Shown: in pieces, positions 11,701-20,631 of the stretch
How positions within the stretch are numbered: the first letter of the stretch is position 1
How the letters are laid out: every line of letters starts with the position of its first letter
Source of the DNA: a virus
Taxonomy: Duplodnaviria > Caudoviricetes
IMG/VR virus record: IMGVR_UViG_3300030329_001639
Span: 1-47,374 of that record
DNA length: 47,374 nt
Reading direction: 5' to 3' (one strand)
The notes under the pieces: generated by a model
What the model saw: only the letters and a program-made list of their open reading frames with translations
The model's database searches: none
What the model was told of the DNA's origin: nothing
Translations under genes and position numbers: made by a program

Positions 11701-12347
11701 CCCTGCGAAGTTTACCCATTGATGATGAAGGTAAATACTTAGGCTTAGTAAAGGGCCCAAAAGGCATAAGCCTTGTGGCAATGAATGCTACCAGACGAGG
11801 GGAGCTTGAACGAGAAGGCAGACTTGAAACTCAATTTACAGGTAAGGGAACAATCGAAGAAAAAAGTAAAATCCAAGAAGAACTACAACGATTAAATCTA
11901 CCTGAGTACAAAGAATATAGAAGGTTTAAACAACCTGAGTTAAATAATAGAGCAAAGATTTTATATCAAAATTATACTGAGCAGGTAATTAATCCTTTTC
12001 TTAGGAGTCGAGCTTACAATAGATTTGAAAACACATCCGCTGGAGCACTACGGCAACGACAAGCATTGAGAGAACAGTTTAGTCAAATGCGAAGTGTAGT
12101 GAGGGATCAATTACTTGAACAAGTATCACGTCAATATAATAGAACGGATTTATCTTCCGAAGACTTTGAAAAAGTACAGGGTGAACTTCTATTCTTATTG
12201 CGTGAACAGTTTAAAAACAAAAACGAGGACATACGCCGTATTGCTGTTGATCAATTTAGATCAATGTATGGCAGGTTCCCAACACGCGAAGGACGACAGG
12301 GTGTCAAGGATCAGGTAGCCCTAATCAATATATCACGGGGTCGTTGA
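8772..12347 (+). CDS. Large internal virion / DNA-ejection protein (T7 gp16-like role inferred)
   Basis: 1191 aa with Gly/Ala hydrophobic segments and the motifs RRGLMTIQMATTMRN and PFPKFVMNSL. Last gene of the core-protein block. Confidence 0.7.
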   Translation: MKNYFANQTLSRDRLIDDSDFIRDASQFLKARTGKEYDDDEELFEAFVEHMRIGSVSEITAIKDRNYIMKADQESKDQAGRLFLTFDRLKKPTSVVELIKDYGEGLLRAPSTYLSLTGVGILGKGASSATTQAITQTARALATKGIVGQQTKKAAVRGAAIEGAFGAVQGGAFDDARRRTGREEYKDRNLISGALGGALFGAIPGGIGGGLQGFKTTKQELAALQPVLKGQEVKAEKIKAGNIATDELLKDKDALELQNAIGKIEHTVAGQKVQGLFSKQVQQDPIPERLTEPGRREARAASYTLPTKDDPPSEVNDFRLSLTPEVLKNLEGATIDLLKFLGVTAADVQSNTRISTLVADALINRNRIKEFKDFMKDKELAGVAAQKQREGLSFEYTATIQKIQDIQDKYGITDQQFGYMFAAEFSDAGRTLATAKRIKGGLLNSLARETKVMENFGFVDDEFAQAIGNAKQNNSQVLREFVTNLDTTRRGLMTIQMATTMRNTLGGGGRAMLYLLDNMFQGGLEFITPGATKEQRQQAIARMASGFRAWKTLTWNQAEGNALRMLFAEEMPIAFRQLYRKNADVQAEMGLGSGMSKFARKLNVLNTYSDNAFKRAIFMSELQTQVGGKGKLKKLIEEGNFSKLASPEYQNALENSIKEANSTVYQRTYKEKIFRPVQEVDPKQGKIPFLTRRTLGIGGRMIDTGQYERIENSELASSMLKWSSKPFVTWAVPFPKFVMNSLEFVYTHAPVIGLAGLAGTKRTNPKVIAQQLTGMSMLYGALQLRAAQGPEARWYEMYDEETKKYTNTLALYGPFAPYMIAADLLLRSNLNKENGKYKVRDLLISAGPEEYRQATRENWERVIKDPLTTAALTDQMFQEYLRGFFGTTFRTGIGFDFFDELKKDYEAATEKGEDGMFKTSFSAAGNAIAKFGGMYANTFLVGGGMLRDLFANVDPQYAKIRDINSVSDPTQAFIARSLRSLPIDDEGKYLGLVKGPKGISLVAMNATRRGELEREGRLETQFTGKGTIEEKSKIQEELQRLNLPEYKEYRRFKQPELNNRAKILYQNYTEQVINPFLRSRAYNRFENTSAGALRQRQALREQFSQMRSVVRDQLLEQVSRQYNRTDLSSEDFEKVQGELLFLLREQFKNKNEDIRRIAVDQFRSMYGRFPTREGRQGVKDQVALINISRGR

Positions 12348-12348
12348 T

Positions 12349-12774
12349 ATGGAGCTTTTGACTACTCTATTAGGTGGTTCCATACTCGGATTCGTAACTA
12401 CTTTACTAGGTCAATTCGCAAAATCAAAGGCCAAGCAGCAAGAAATGATGCTGCAAGCCATGAATCAAAGAGCGAAGATTGTAAATCAGGCCAGACAACA
12501 TGGCATGAAAGACAAAGGGTTTGCATGGACCCGGCGAGTGATCGCACTAACTTGTGTCATTACCATCGTATGCGTACCGTTTGCGGCTCCCTTTCTCGGT
12601 ATTCCAATTCTGGTGAGTGAAGAAGTTCAAGGGGGATTCTCTATTCCTTTCATTTGGGAGTCAACAAAAGAAGTGGTGTGGACCGAAGTCGAAGGCATCC
12701 CTCTCGCGCCTATGTACTTACACACCTTAGCAGCCATCGTAAGCTTTTACTTTGGTTCTAGTGCTGCGAGGTAG
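12349..12774 (+). CDS. Holin-like membrane protein (3 TM)
   Basis: Three hydrophobic segments, a WTRR motif and C-terminal IVSFYFGS, as in 3-TM holin families. Confidence 0.6.
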   Translation: MELLTTLLGGSILGFVTTLLGQFAKSKAKQQEMMLQAMNQRAKIVNQARQHGMKDKGFAWTRRVIALTCVITIVCVPFAAPFLGIPILVSEEVQGGFSIPFIWESTKEVVWTEVEGIPLAPMYLHTLAAIVSFYFGSSAAR

Positions 12775-12776
12775 GA

Positions 12777-13070
12777 ATGGCAACAAAGAAAAAAGGCACC
12801 GGCATGAAGGGCTTGACCATCAAAGGTGGACATAAGCGCCCTACAAAAGCCGGTGCTGGCATGACAAAAAAAGGGGTAGCTGCGTATAGGCGCAAAAACC
12901 CCGGTAGTAAACTACAGACTGCTGTTACAGAAGATAAGCCCAGTAAAGCAAGGGCTAAACGCAGAAAGAGTTATTGTGCTCGTTCCGCTGGTCAGATGAA
13001 AAAGTTTCCCAAAGCGGCTAAAGATCCAAACAGTCGTTTACGGCAAGCTAGGAAACGCTGGAAGTGCTAA
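12777..13070 (+). CDS. Small highly basic phage protein (DUF6321-like)
   Basis: Contains RRKSYCARSAGQ...KDPNSRLRQARKRWKC. Confidence 0.65.
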   Translation: MATKKKGTGMKGLTIKGGHKRPTKAGAGMTKKGVAAYRRKNPGSKLQTAVTEDKPSKARAKRRKSYCARSAGQMKKFPKAAKDPNSRLRQARKRWKC

Positions 13071-13073
13071 AGC

Positions 13074-13340
13074 ATGGAAACATTTTCACAGTATTGGCAT
13101 CAAATTGTATTTGCAATCATGGCTCTTGTGGCTGTGGTGCGATTGGAAAGTGAAGTTAGATCACTACGCAAAGACTTAGATCAACTAGAAAAAGAATTAG
13201 ACAGGCGCGATGCTTATGTGGAAACAGTAAAGTTACGCGCTGAAATGGACATGCACTCTAAACAAATATCTTCTATCTGGGACTTTTGTAATAATTTAAG
13301 AGACAGGTTGACCAATCTTTTACAGGGAGGCATCAAGTGA
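13074..13340 (+). CDS. Membrane-anchored coiled-coil protein
   Basis: N-terminal TM segment followed by a heptad pattern. Confidence 0.6.
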   Translation: METFSQYWHQIVFAIMALVAVVRLESEVRSLRKDLDQLEKELDRRDAYVETVKLRAEMDMHSKQISSIWDFCNNLRDRLTNLLQGGIK

Positions 13341-13528
13341 GTAAGGCTAAACGCAAACCTAAAAGCAGAGTAAATGAAGCGGGTAATTACACCAAACCCA
13401 CTATGCGAAAAAGACTGTTTGCCAAAATTAAAGCAGGGTCAAAGGGAGGTAAGCCGGGTCAATGGTCCGCTAGAAAAGCTCAGATGCTTGCAAAAGAATA
13501 CAAAGCAAAGGGTGGGGGCTACAAGTAA
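13337..13528 (+). CDS. Small basic protein (DUF5872-like, first half)
   Basis: Contains GGKPGQWSARKAQMLAKEYKAKGGGY. GGAGG RBS. Confidence 0.65.
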   Translation: MSKAKRKPKSRVNEAGNYTKPTMRKRLFAKIKAGSKGGKPGQWSARKAQMLAKEYKAKGGGYK

Positions 13529-13770
13529 TGGCTCTTAAAAAATCTCAAAAGTCCCTAAAAAAATGGACAAAACAAAAGTGGAGAACTAAGTCAGGTAAAC
13601 CTTCCGGTCAAACTGGTGAGCGTTACTTACCAGCGAAAGCTATCGCTGCTCTTTCTCCGCAAGAATACGCAGCAACTACTGCAGCTAAACGTAAGGGCAC
13701 AAAAGCTGGCAAGCAGTTTGTTAAACAACCCAAGAGAATTGCTAAGAAAACTAAAAAGTATCGTTCTTAA
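13528..13770 (+). CDS. Small basic protein (DUF5872-like, second half)
   Basis: Contains QKSLKKWTKQKWRTKSGKPS...TGERYLP. Coupled by TAATG. Confidence 0.65.
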   Translation: MALKKSQKSLKKWTKQKWRTKSGKPSGQTGERYLPAKAIAALSPQEYAATTAAKRKGTKAGKQFVKQPKRIAKKTKKYRS

Positions 13771-14075
13771 TTCTCAATGAGTGGTCTTAAATCAAACTCG
13801 ACAAGAACACCATTATCAATATGGCCTTTTCTAATAATCGTCACTGGGCCAGTGTAAGGCGTGAAGGTAGGGTTAGAAAACTTTTTGTAATACAACCCGT
13901 TTGCCCGTAGTTCTAAATCCTCTAACAACACGACAGCGGGTTGGTGTGGTTCATAAACAGCAGCAACAGCCTCTACGGAGCTAGTGGTTTTATTAGACGT
14001 GACAAGAATGTATGCAACACCAAGAACTATTACTGCACCCGTCATTACTAAAATAATGATATTTTCTAGATTCAT
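13767..14075 (-). CDS. Membrane-anchored hypothetical protein
   Basis: N-terminal TM segment. NGLYYKKF...PYTG resembles the start of MORN-variant proteins. Confidence 0.55.
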   Translation of the reverse strand: MNLENIIILVMTGAVIVLGVAYILVTSNKTTSSVEAVAAVYEPHQPAVVLLEDLELRANGLYYKKFSNPTFTPYTGPVTIIRKGHIDNGVLVEFDLRPLIEN

Positions 14076-14086
14076 TGAGAGTGTCC

Positions 14087-14527
14087 TTAAAGTTTGGTTG
14101 CTTTAAATTGAGCCTGTAAATAATCTAGTAGCCACCGATTGTCACGAAAGACTTGAGCCAAATAATTAGCTGCGTTGTAAATAAACTTTTCCTCTGTCTC
14201 TTCATCGGCTAATACTCCACCCTTCTGTGTTTCACCAATATCATTAATGATCACATGAAGCAACTCATGAAGAACTGTATTTACTTCATCAAGAGGCTGT
14301 TGCTGGGCTTGAATTTCAATTCTATTTTGCTTCGGTAAAAACTGGCCGTAATCACCAGACCCAATATTCTCATTTATAAAGTCTGGTTTAACAACATGGA
14401 TAGAAATATCTCTATACCCCACCTTTAGAGTGCGGTTATGTAATTTAATCTTTTTACTTGTGGAAGGCTTTTGGCCTTCCTTTTTTTTGACAAAAGCTAA
14501 AGCTTCTTGTTCTAGTTTACTTACCAT
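14087..14527 (-). CDS. Putative HExxH zinc metallopeptidase-like protein
   Basis: YGQF...IEI...NTVLHELLH followed by a downstream EE. Confidence 0.65.
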   Translation of the reverse strand: MVSKLEQEALAFVKKKEGQKPSTSKKIKLHNRTLKVGYRDISIHVVKPDFINENIGSGDYGQFLPKQNRIEIQAQQQPLDEVNTVLHELLHVIINDIGETQKGGVLADEETEEKFIYNAANYLAQVFRDNRWLLDYLQAQFKATKL

Positions 14528-14708
14528 TTAGCTTTTCCAAATTCTCAAAGTAGGCTTTATTAAACCCCCGCTCCCATTCCTTGTAAAAGGAGGAACCTTC
14601 TTTGTAAGGGTTCACTATCCGACCAGTATGAAAAGCACGGTACCCCTTCTCCATCTGAATGCGAAGTGGAGGGTGGCGTTCTTTCGGTTGCATGGATTTT
14701 TTTCTCAA
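14517..14708 (-). CDS. Rmf/CrpP-fold small protein (ribosome modulation factor-like)
   Basis: EKGYRAF...NPY...WERGF pattern. Confidence 0.55.
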   Translation of the reverse strand: MRKKSMQPKERHPPLRIQMEKGYRAFHTGRIVNPYKEGSSFYKEWERGFNKAYFENLEKLNGK

Positions 14709-14710
14709 AG

Positions 14711-16648
14711 TTACGCGGCTTCAATCGGGGTGGGAAAATCAACTACCTCGCACACATTTCCGGTGCAAGCTAGTTCTTGTGTTCCCGTAGTAGTATCTTC
14801 CGTTTCATATGCTGCAAAAGTTTCCCATTCTACATGATCTGGCATGGTAAGTAAAGCTTGTTCCCATTGAGCTTGTGTCGCATCTTGATAGGGTGCTTGC
14901 TTATAGGTGTGCTCAGTCATAGGCAGGAAACTTACACCAGACATAGAGTTAAAGTTGTCATACACATAGTTAGCAACCTGTATCCATTCGCTCTCTTTCA
15001 CACTCACAGTAATCGATGGCTTATGTTCGCACCAATGATCGGCATACAGTTTCCACAAATCAAGATGTTCAATCGCTGTAATATCTTGACGTGTTGTAGC
15101 TCCGTCAGGGGCACACATGGGGAATGAAAAGACAGTAGTGCTGTCAGGTTTCTCTACTGCATCCTCATGGGGAAATCCTTGATCAATTAAAAACTGGGTC
15201 AGTGGATCTTTCTTATCGGCACGAATGGTCCGAATGTAGTATTGATTGTGGCGAGGGTGTATGCCACTAGAAGCATCTACAAGTTGGCTGACTGTGCCGG
15301 ACGGCTTAACACAAGTGATAGCAGCGGACGGTTCAATGTCCAGTTTCTTTGCCCATTCTTTGTTGACGGCCACCGCATGAAGGCGAAGTTCATCTAAGAT
15401 AGCAGCAAGATCATCATCCGTTTTATTGGACATCATAGCATTGTCCATAATGCCAGTGAGACTGACACCCAACAGACGTTCTTCTTCTGTGTTTCTACGC
15501 CAATGCCGACTCAATCCCTTGAAGTCGGTAAAGCAAGCTTGAATCGTACCTAAGATAGTCGCAAACTCAATCTTCTTTTTCAGAGTCTCAACGGTGTCAG
15601 AGAAACGAACAACTACCTCACTGAGATTACAAAACTGCTTTGGGCGTAGAATGATTTCACTACACGGGTTCGTGCCATACTCGATCTTGGGATCACGCCG
15701 TTCATAACGGGCCGCTTGAGTTTGTGCGGACTTACGATTAAAGATACCTCGCTCACCAGATTTACTGTCGTACAGAGCAAGCCACTCACGCATGAATGTT
15801 CCAATGTCAGGCTTTTCAGTAAAGCAAACACTGTTATTTGCTAGTGCTCTTTGTGGCTCTACGTCCCACCATGAACCAGACTTTGCATGACGCATACGAT
15901 CATCTGATAGATTAGACAAACTAATCAGTGCGCTTCTACGCACACCACCTACCACCACTACATCAGCTACCTTACAGATAATATCGTGGCATTCTATCGA
16001 GCATAGCTTACGACCAGCAGCTTTCTTGAAAGCATTGACCGTGAAGGTAAACAAATCTTCAAGCGGGTCGGGGCCACTAGCTCTGCCCCCAAATGTCTTG
16101 AGTTTGGCCCCTGCTGGACGAATCCGAGAAAGATCCCATTGAGGAATCATACCTGCATACAGCAGATTGATTAGCTCTTTGTATGCTTTATACCAACCTT
16201 CTTTACTGTCCTGTACGATAATCGTAGTTTCAGTTTCTTCAAAAACATCAGGAACCATTGGTAGTTGATTGACATACTGCCGCTCTACACTAAACCCAAC
16301 ACCCGTGCCATGTAACAAAATGTAGAGGCATTCATCAAATGCTCTGGGGCTATCGACCGTTAAATAGGCACAGTTGTATGCTGCAATATGATTGCGCTCC
16401 AATGCTGTGCCAGCCGTCATCATTGCTCTCATACTGGGCATAACTTCCAGCGAAAGGATTGAGTGCAATAGTTCTGTGTAAAGCTCAGGGGGTAGCTCTA
16501 CGTCATGCTCTTGCTTGATATACGTTTGATAAAAAGAAAGAAGCCGTTCAACTGTTTCCGGCCACGTCTCCCTTCTCCCTGATTCTTCTACCCATCTAGC
16601 ATATCTAGATCGATGAATAGTATTTTGGTAGTCGCTCATTTCCGTCAT
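14711..16648 (-). CDS. nrdJ: Class II (adenosylcobalamin-dependent) ribonucleotide reductase, monomeric type
   Basis: Motifs PSMRAM, YNCAY, GGVRRSALISL, TNPCSEI, TCVKPSGTVS and the C-terminal CTGNVC pair. No small subunit nearby. Confidence 0.92.
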   Translation of the reverse strand: MTEMSDYQNTIHRSRYARWVEESGRRETWPETVERLLSFYQTYIKQEHDVELPPELYTELLHSILSLEVMPSMRAMMTAGTALERNHIAAYNCAYLTVDSPRAFDECLYILLHGTGVGFSVERQYVNQLPMVPDVFEETETTIIVQDSKEGWYKAYKELINLLYAGMIPQWDLSRIRPAGAKLKTFGGRASGPDPLEDLFTFTVNAFKKAAGRKLCSIECHDIICKVADVVVVGGVRRSALISLSNLSDDRMRHAKSGSWWDVEPQRALANNSVCFTEKPDIGTFMREWLALYDSKSGERGIFNRKSAQTQAARYERRDPKIEYGTNPCSEIILRPKQFCNLSEVVVRFSDTVETLKKKIEFATILGTIQACFTDFKGLSRHWRRNTEEERLLGVSLTGIMDNAMMSNKTDDDLAAILDELRLHAVAVNKEWAKKLDIEPSAAITCVKPSGTVSQLVDASSGIHPRHNQYYIRTIRADKKDPLTQFLIDQGFPHEDAVEKPDSTTVFSFPMCAPDGATTRQDITAIEHLDLWKLYADHWCEHKPSITVSVKESEWIQVANYVYDNFNSMSGVSFLPMTEHTYKQAPYQDATQAQWEQALLTMPDHVEWETFAAYETEDTTTGTQELACTGNVCEVVDFPTPIEAA

Positions 16649-16822
16649 TTATTGCTCCTGTGTGCATTTTATTTTTAAGTTAATGAGCTTCGTACCAATC
16701 AAGTGTTCGACTAACTCTTCTATCATTACGGTTAGTTCTTCCGTGGGATCTCCATCCACGGGCATTAAAAACTCATCAGGGTCTAGCTCTAGTGTTAGAG
16801 AAACTTTAGCTCGTCGGTTCAT
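16649..16822 (-). CDS. Small hypothetical protein
   Basis: Packed between neighbours. Contains LELDPDEFLMPVDGD. Confidence 0.6.
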   Translation of the reverse strand: MNRRAKVSLTLELDPDEFLMPVDGDPTEELTVMIEELVEHLIGTKLINLKIKCTQEQ

Positions 16823-17162
16823 GTTTCCGTATATCATTGATCAACCTACTCAGGTACCACTCGGCCTTTCTTAAATCTTCATCACCATTTTTGTACTGTT
16901 CTCTCCATGTGTATTTTAACACGTTACCTTTGCAGTATCCTCTAAACTCTTCGTCAGTCAGAGTGGCACGGATAGCTTCAATACATTCAATCCCATGTGC
17001 GTTGTAATGTTTGGGATGATTCACATTATCAATTACTGTATTTTCCATTGTCGGCAAGGGTAGCTGTGCTTCCGTCTTAGCAACTTGAGCAGCGATGGTT
17101 CCTAAATCTGCAAACCTACCGTTCCGAACTCGTTTGTCTATCTCGTCTTGTGTTTCAGCCAT
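16806..17162 (-). CDS. DUF3310 / T7 gp1.7-like (putative nucleotide kinase) protein
   Basis: VNHPKHY...IECIEAI...GYCKGNVLKYTWR...KNGDEDLRKAEWYL. Confidence 0.85.
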   Translation of the reverse strand: MAETQDEIDKRVRNGRFADLGTIAAQVAKTEAQLPLPTMENTVIDNVNHPKHYNAHGIECIEAIRATLTDEEFRGYCKGNVLKYTWREQYKNGDEDLRKAEWYLSRLINDIRKHEPTS

Positions 17163-17163
17163 G

Positions 17164-17541
17164 CTATGCATTCCCTTTTGTAATGGTGGAAAAACTTAAA
17201 ACATTATTTGTAAACTTTTCTAGCGATTCAGACATGGGTGTAATCATATGAGTTTGAGCATATGATTGAATGATTTCGTGTATGAATTGATTCTCTTCCA
17301 TCGCAGCTATAGACGCGGCTGCTAAGTTTGAAAGTTGTATCATGCCTTCAAATTCTTCTGTTCTCAATTCCGAGTTACTAGTATCCGCAACGATGGCAAC
17401 TTGTACTTCACCCGTCCAGCGTGGCTGTCCATCTGGTTCTGTATCAAGGGGGAGATTGGGATCTACTTCTGTATACGCTTCTCTCATAGGCCGAATAATC
17501 ACTACAAAATCATTAGGCTCTAGATGATCCTGAATACTCAT
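17164..17541 (-). CDS. Hypothetical protein
   Basis: Acidic 125-aa ORF overlapping the endonuclease stop (ATGA). Confidence 0.6.
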   Translation of the reverse strand: MSIQDHLEPNDFVVIIRPMREAYTEVDPNLPLDTEPDGQPRWTGEVQVAIVADTSNSELRTEEFEGMIQLSNLAAASIAAMEENQFIHEIIQSYAQTHMITPMSESLEKFTNNVLSFSTITKGNA

Positions 17542-17996
17542 TCAATGTCCTCCGTTTTCAAATTAGCCTCAGTGAGTTTAGGAGGCATAGACTTAAATTT
17601 TTCTTTCAACCAGATTTTTGGAATTACTCTATCGCAGTAGATAATGTCTTTCTTGTCACACCATTTTCCATAAGACGTGTTTGACCCTTTACGAATTTTA
17701 CGGCTAGAATTTTCAAACACCAATCGAATATCTAACTCTGGATGTTGTCTCTTAATCTCCAGATGCTTACGTCTATCCGATGTACTCCAGTATCCTTTAA
17801 CCTCTAACACTATACCATTGTCTAACACAAAATCTGGTGTGTAGGAACGTATACTAAAGTCTACCCATTGAATTTTAATAATTTCGTAGCGGAGTTCGTG
17901 TTTTGCTTTTTGAATTTGTTGTGCAATAGACCACTCAAGGTTTGAACGGTACCCCTTACGCCTAGCTTTTCTGTACCCTCTACTATTGAATTGCAT
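17538..17996 (-). CDS. Endonuclease I (T7 gp3-like Holliday junction resolvase)
   Basis: YRSNLE...YTPDFVLDNGIVLEVKG...DRRKH...LDIRLVF...YGKWC. Confidence 0.92.
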   Translation of the reverse strand: MQFNSRGYRKARRKGYRSNLEWSIAQQIQKAKHELRYEIIKIQWVDFSIRSYTPDFVLDNGIVLEVKGYWSTSDRRKHLEIKRQHPELDIRLVFENSSRKIRKGSNTSYGKWCDKKDIIYCDRVIPKIWLKEKFKSMPPKLTEANLKTEDIE

Positions 17997-18133
17997 TATT
18001 TACTACTCTGACATAATCGGGAGGGCGTCTTACAAGTGCTTCTTGTGGTCCTGTTGTTAAATGTTCTATAACAGAAAGAGTGGAGGGATTAACAACAAAA
18101 AACCCTATGAATAATAGGGCTAATAGTTTTAGT

Positions 18134-18361
18134 TTAAGCGTGGTCAAGCCAATTATATACACCAATGACAGCAGTAACGAAGACGCATAGTTCCATCAAC
18201 ATTCTAGGAGTGTCCTCGTCCAGACGAGCAAAGTAAGCCCATACCAAACAAGAGAGACATGATAGGCTCCACCCAATCCACTGAAGAGAGACTTGTCCTG
18301 AAGTTAGAAATAACAGGGCAGAGATCGTAATTCCAAAAGCTATCCATCGTGCGTATCTCAC
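18134..18361 (-). CDS. Small multi-TM membrane protein
   Basis: Three hydrophobic, Trp-rich segments. Confidence 0.6.
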   Translation of the reverse strand: MRYARWIAFGITISALLFLTSGQVSLQWIGWSLSCLSCLVWAYFARLDEDTPRMLMELCVFVTAVIGVYNWLDHA

Positions 18362-18828
18362 TAATTCAAATCTTTAATCTTAACATTATAACAATCGGCC
18401 TTGACTTTATATCCATTGGAAGAATCCACTTCTCCCTTTGTTAAGAATTGTGCCTTCTCGAAATAAGTATCTTTCTCTATCATGCCTAAGTACCATCCGA
18501 TGGTTAGATCGCCTTTCACTCGTACAAAGGCATAGAAATCACAGTCTTGTTTTGTATTATACTTGGCTACACTACAGTCATATTCGGGTAAGGGTCTTAC
18601 AGATGTTTGTTTGGTTTTAACATCCACCGTGCGTCCATCAGGTAAAACAATGTCATACTCAAAGGTGTTGTTAATCTCTCCTCCTAAGCATTGTAGGGCT
18701 ATTTGTTCTCCGACAAACCCAGCGAGGTTCCCCCGTCCACGCAAAATGGAATTATGTAGTACCCCCATCTCAGTAGATTTTTGTCGAGCACACTCAATCA
18801 TGTCGAGTGTGATGGTGATCTCTTTCAT
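18361..18828 (-). CDS. Putative PD-(D/E)xK-fold protein
   Basis: GFVGE...YDIVL...TVDVKTK motif. Confidence 0.6.
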   Translation of the reverse strand: MKEITITLDMIECARQKSTEMGVLHNSILRGRGNLAGFVGEQIALQCLGGEINNTFEYDIVLPDGRTVDVKTKQTSVRPLPEYDCSVAKYNTKQDCDFYAFVRVKGDLTIGWYLGMIEKDTYFEKAQFLTKGEVDSSNGYKVKADCYNVKIKDLN

Positions 18829-19679
18829 TAAGTTACATGTTCTGTATCTACATAAAAGACCGTGGGTTTGTCCTTGGCCTTGCTGACTCGCGAAGATTCT
18901 TCACTCAGACTGTCACCCCAGCAAGCATATTTATAGTCGCAAAATTTACACTCTGTTCCGAGGACATGGTTCCCTGTTGGGGTACCCCGAAATGTTTCTT
19001 TAACTGGTTTAAAACATCGAGCAAATTCATTTTTGTCTAGCTTATGAACGGTATCATTTAGTTTTTGAGTTACTTCAACTGGATCACTCTGATAGGGAAC
19101 ATACTTAAATTCACCGGAACTGTGATTGATAACCCACCAACCACCCGGCTCTACGTTCTTAGCTTTGGCGTAGGTTGTGAGTTGTCCCACATACCCAAAG
19201 CTATCGTTTTCCTCAATGTGTTTGCCGTCTAACCATTTGTTTCGGTAGGACCAAGGGCTTGCACTCTTAATGTCATCTACCTTACCATCGAGGATCAGAT
19301 CATATTCACCTGATATTTTCTGACCTCCAATGTCTGTTTCTACTCTTTCGGGTTCTTCAAAATCTACCCCGGCTTCTCTCAACAAGCCTTTGAACACAGC
19401 TTCGGTTATGTCACCGATCAACATCCGTAAGAGAAAGTGGGAAGAAGGTGGAACAGCGGTTTCCGGTTTGTTTTTAGCAAACCAGAGTTGGCACGTTGCT
19501 TTGCCTATGTTGCTGGCGCGTAATCTAAAAGTTCGTGCTTCATCAGATTGAAACTGACGCTTAACCGCTGCTTCCACATGCTTGACAATCGTAGTGACTG
19601 TCTCATCGGAGAGTTTTGCTTTACCCTGTCGAGCTTTATCTAAGAATGAGTAAACCTTTAACTCGGCTGGGTGTTCCAT
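18828..19679 (-). CDS. Cas4/RecB-like PD-(D/E)xK exonuclease
   Basis: LRASNIG...CQLW, GEYDL, DDIKS, GYVGQL.Y and C-terminal CKFCDYKYAC. Confidence 0.8.
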   Translation of the reverse strand: MEHPAELKVYSFLDKARQGKAKLSDETVTTIVKHVEAAVKRQFQSDEARTFRLRASNIGKATCQLWFAKNKPETAVPPSSHFLLRMLIGDITEAVFKGLLREAGVDFEEPERVETDIGGQKISGEYDLILDGKVDDIKSASPWSYRNKWLDGKHIEENDSFGYVGQLTTYAKAKNVEPGGWWVINHSSGEFKYVPYQSDPVEVTQKLNDTVHKLDKNEFARCFKPVKETFRGTPTGNHVLGTECKFCDYKYACWGDSLSEESSRVSKAKDKPTVFYVDTEHVT

Positions 19680-19681
19680 TC

Positions 19682-20602
19682 CTACGCATCAACTTCAATA
19701 AAACTCTCTATCGTCTCAGTTTCAGCGTTGCTAAAACCACCGTTGGGAGAATTTTTGGTATGGCTCTCACTCACATACTTGTTATAGTTTTCTACCCAAG
19801 TTAAGAACATCTGAAGAGTAGCACCATCTTTTTCTTCATCTAGTTCAATGATTTGTGTCAGATCCAGTGTCGGCTCTGGCATATAAAGCATGTTACCATT
19901 CGCCATTGGAGAGCCAGTCGTTGTAATCTCCATTGAATGTTGAGGAAACATCCTCTTGGCAGAGGAATACTTCTGCAACACTTCACCCATAATTTTAAAG
20001 GCATTGTTGTTGTCTATTTCCCAGATAACGGGAATTGGACCGTTTGTATCAATCGCCTCACCAGCGGCGTCAACCGCATTGTTAAATGTAGCTTCACCAA
20101 AGATCGCACGGACACGCTTCACGGACTTGATCAATTGCTTTTGATCGTCCGGCAATGCCTTCCAGTCCTTGATATAACCGGAAGGACGACCGCAGTTAAA
20201 TCCACCGGAGTCGTCCATCACATCGTTATTATTAAACTGGGAATAATCGCTCGTCATAACTGTCTTAACGAACTTACCCTTGCGTCCTTGAGCATCTGGT
20301 TTTGCGTAAGGGATATATCGCCGGTACGAAAAACTTTGCTTGAATGGGCGCAGTGTTACTGACTCTGCATAGGCATAGTTTCCAGTTCCATCGTCTGCCC
20401 GAAACGTCCCGCCGGGAACGACTTCCATCTTCCGCTGCTTACCATCTTGATTGACAGTACCCATGATTGCGGAGTGCATAATTCGTAACCGAACCAATGT
20501 ATTTGCTGTACTTACAGATGTACTGCTTGAAAAATCCTGCCCCATCTGAGCAGCCAGCGCAGCAAAATTATCGGTGTTAAGTGTTGTTACTTGTGTGTCC
20601 AT
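19682..20602 (-). CDS. Putative single-stranded DNA-binding protein
   Basis: Lies between the polymerase and the exonuclease, has its own promoter and a strong RBS, contains GGFNCGRPSG and ends in an acidic tail. Function inferred from position. Confidence 0.55.
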   Translation of the reverse strand: MDTQVTTLNTDNFAALAAQMGQDFSSSTSVSTANTLVRLRIMHSAIMGTVNQDGKQRKMEVVPGGTFRADDGTGNYAYAESVTLRPFKQSFSYRRYIPYAKPDAQGRKGKFVKTVMTSDYSQFNNNDVMDDSGGFNCGRPSGYIKDWKALPDDQKQLIKSVKRVRAIFGEATFNNAVDAAGEAIDTNGPIPVIWEIDNNNAFKIMGEVLQKYSSAKRMFPQHSMEITTTGSPMANGNMLYMPEPTLDLTQIIELDEEKDGATLQMFLTWVENYNKYVSESHTKNSPNGGFSNAETETIESFIEVDA

Positions 20603-20631
20603 AGAAAAAGGACTCCTTTCAAAGAGGCACC

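Noticed and set aside
17983-18165. 60-aa hydrophobic ORF between the endonuclease and the membrane protein
   Set aside because: It may be real, but the start is ambiguous and there is no supporting motif, so it is not listed as a feature.
18828-19679. Cas4-like nuclease as part of a CRISPR-Cas system
   Set aside because: No other cas genes or array are present. It is a standard replication-module exonuclease of such phages.
20607-20619. AAAGGA-C-TCCTTT dyad over the SSB-like gene RBS as an autoregulatory hairpin
   Set aside because: The stem is short with a minimal loop and could arise by chance from an RBS next to a pyrimidine spacer.
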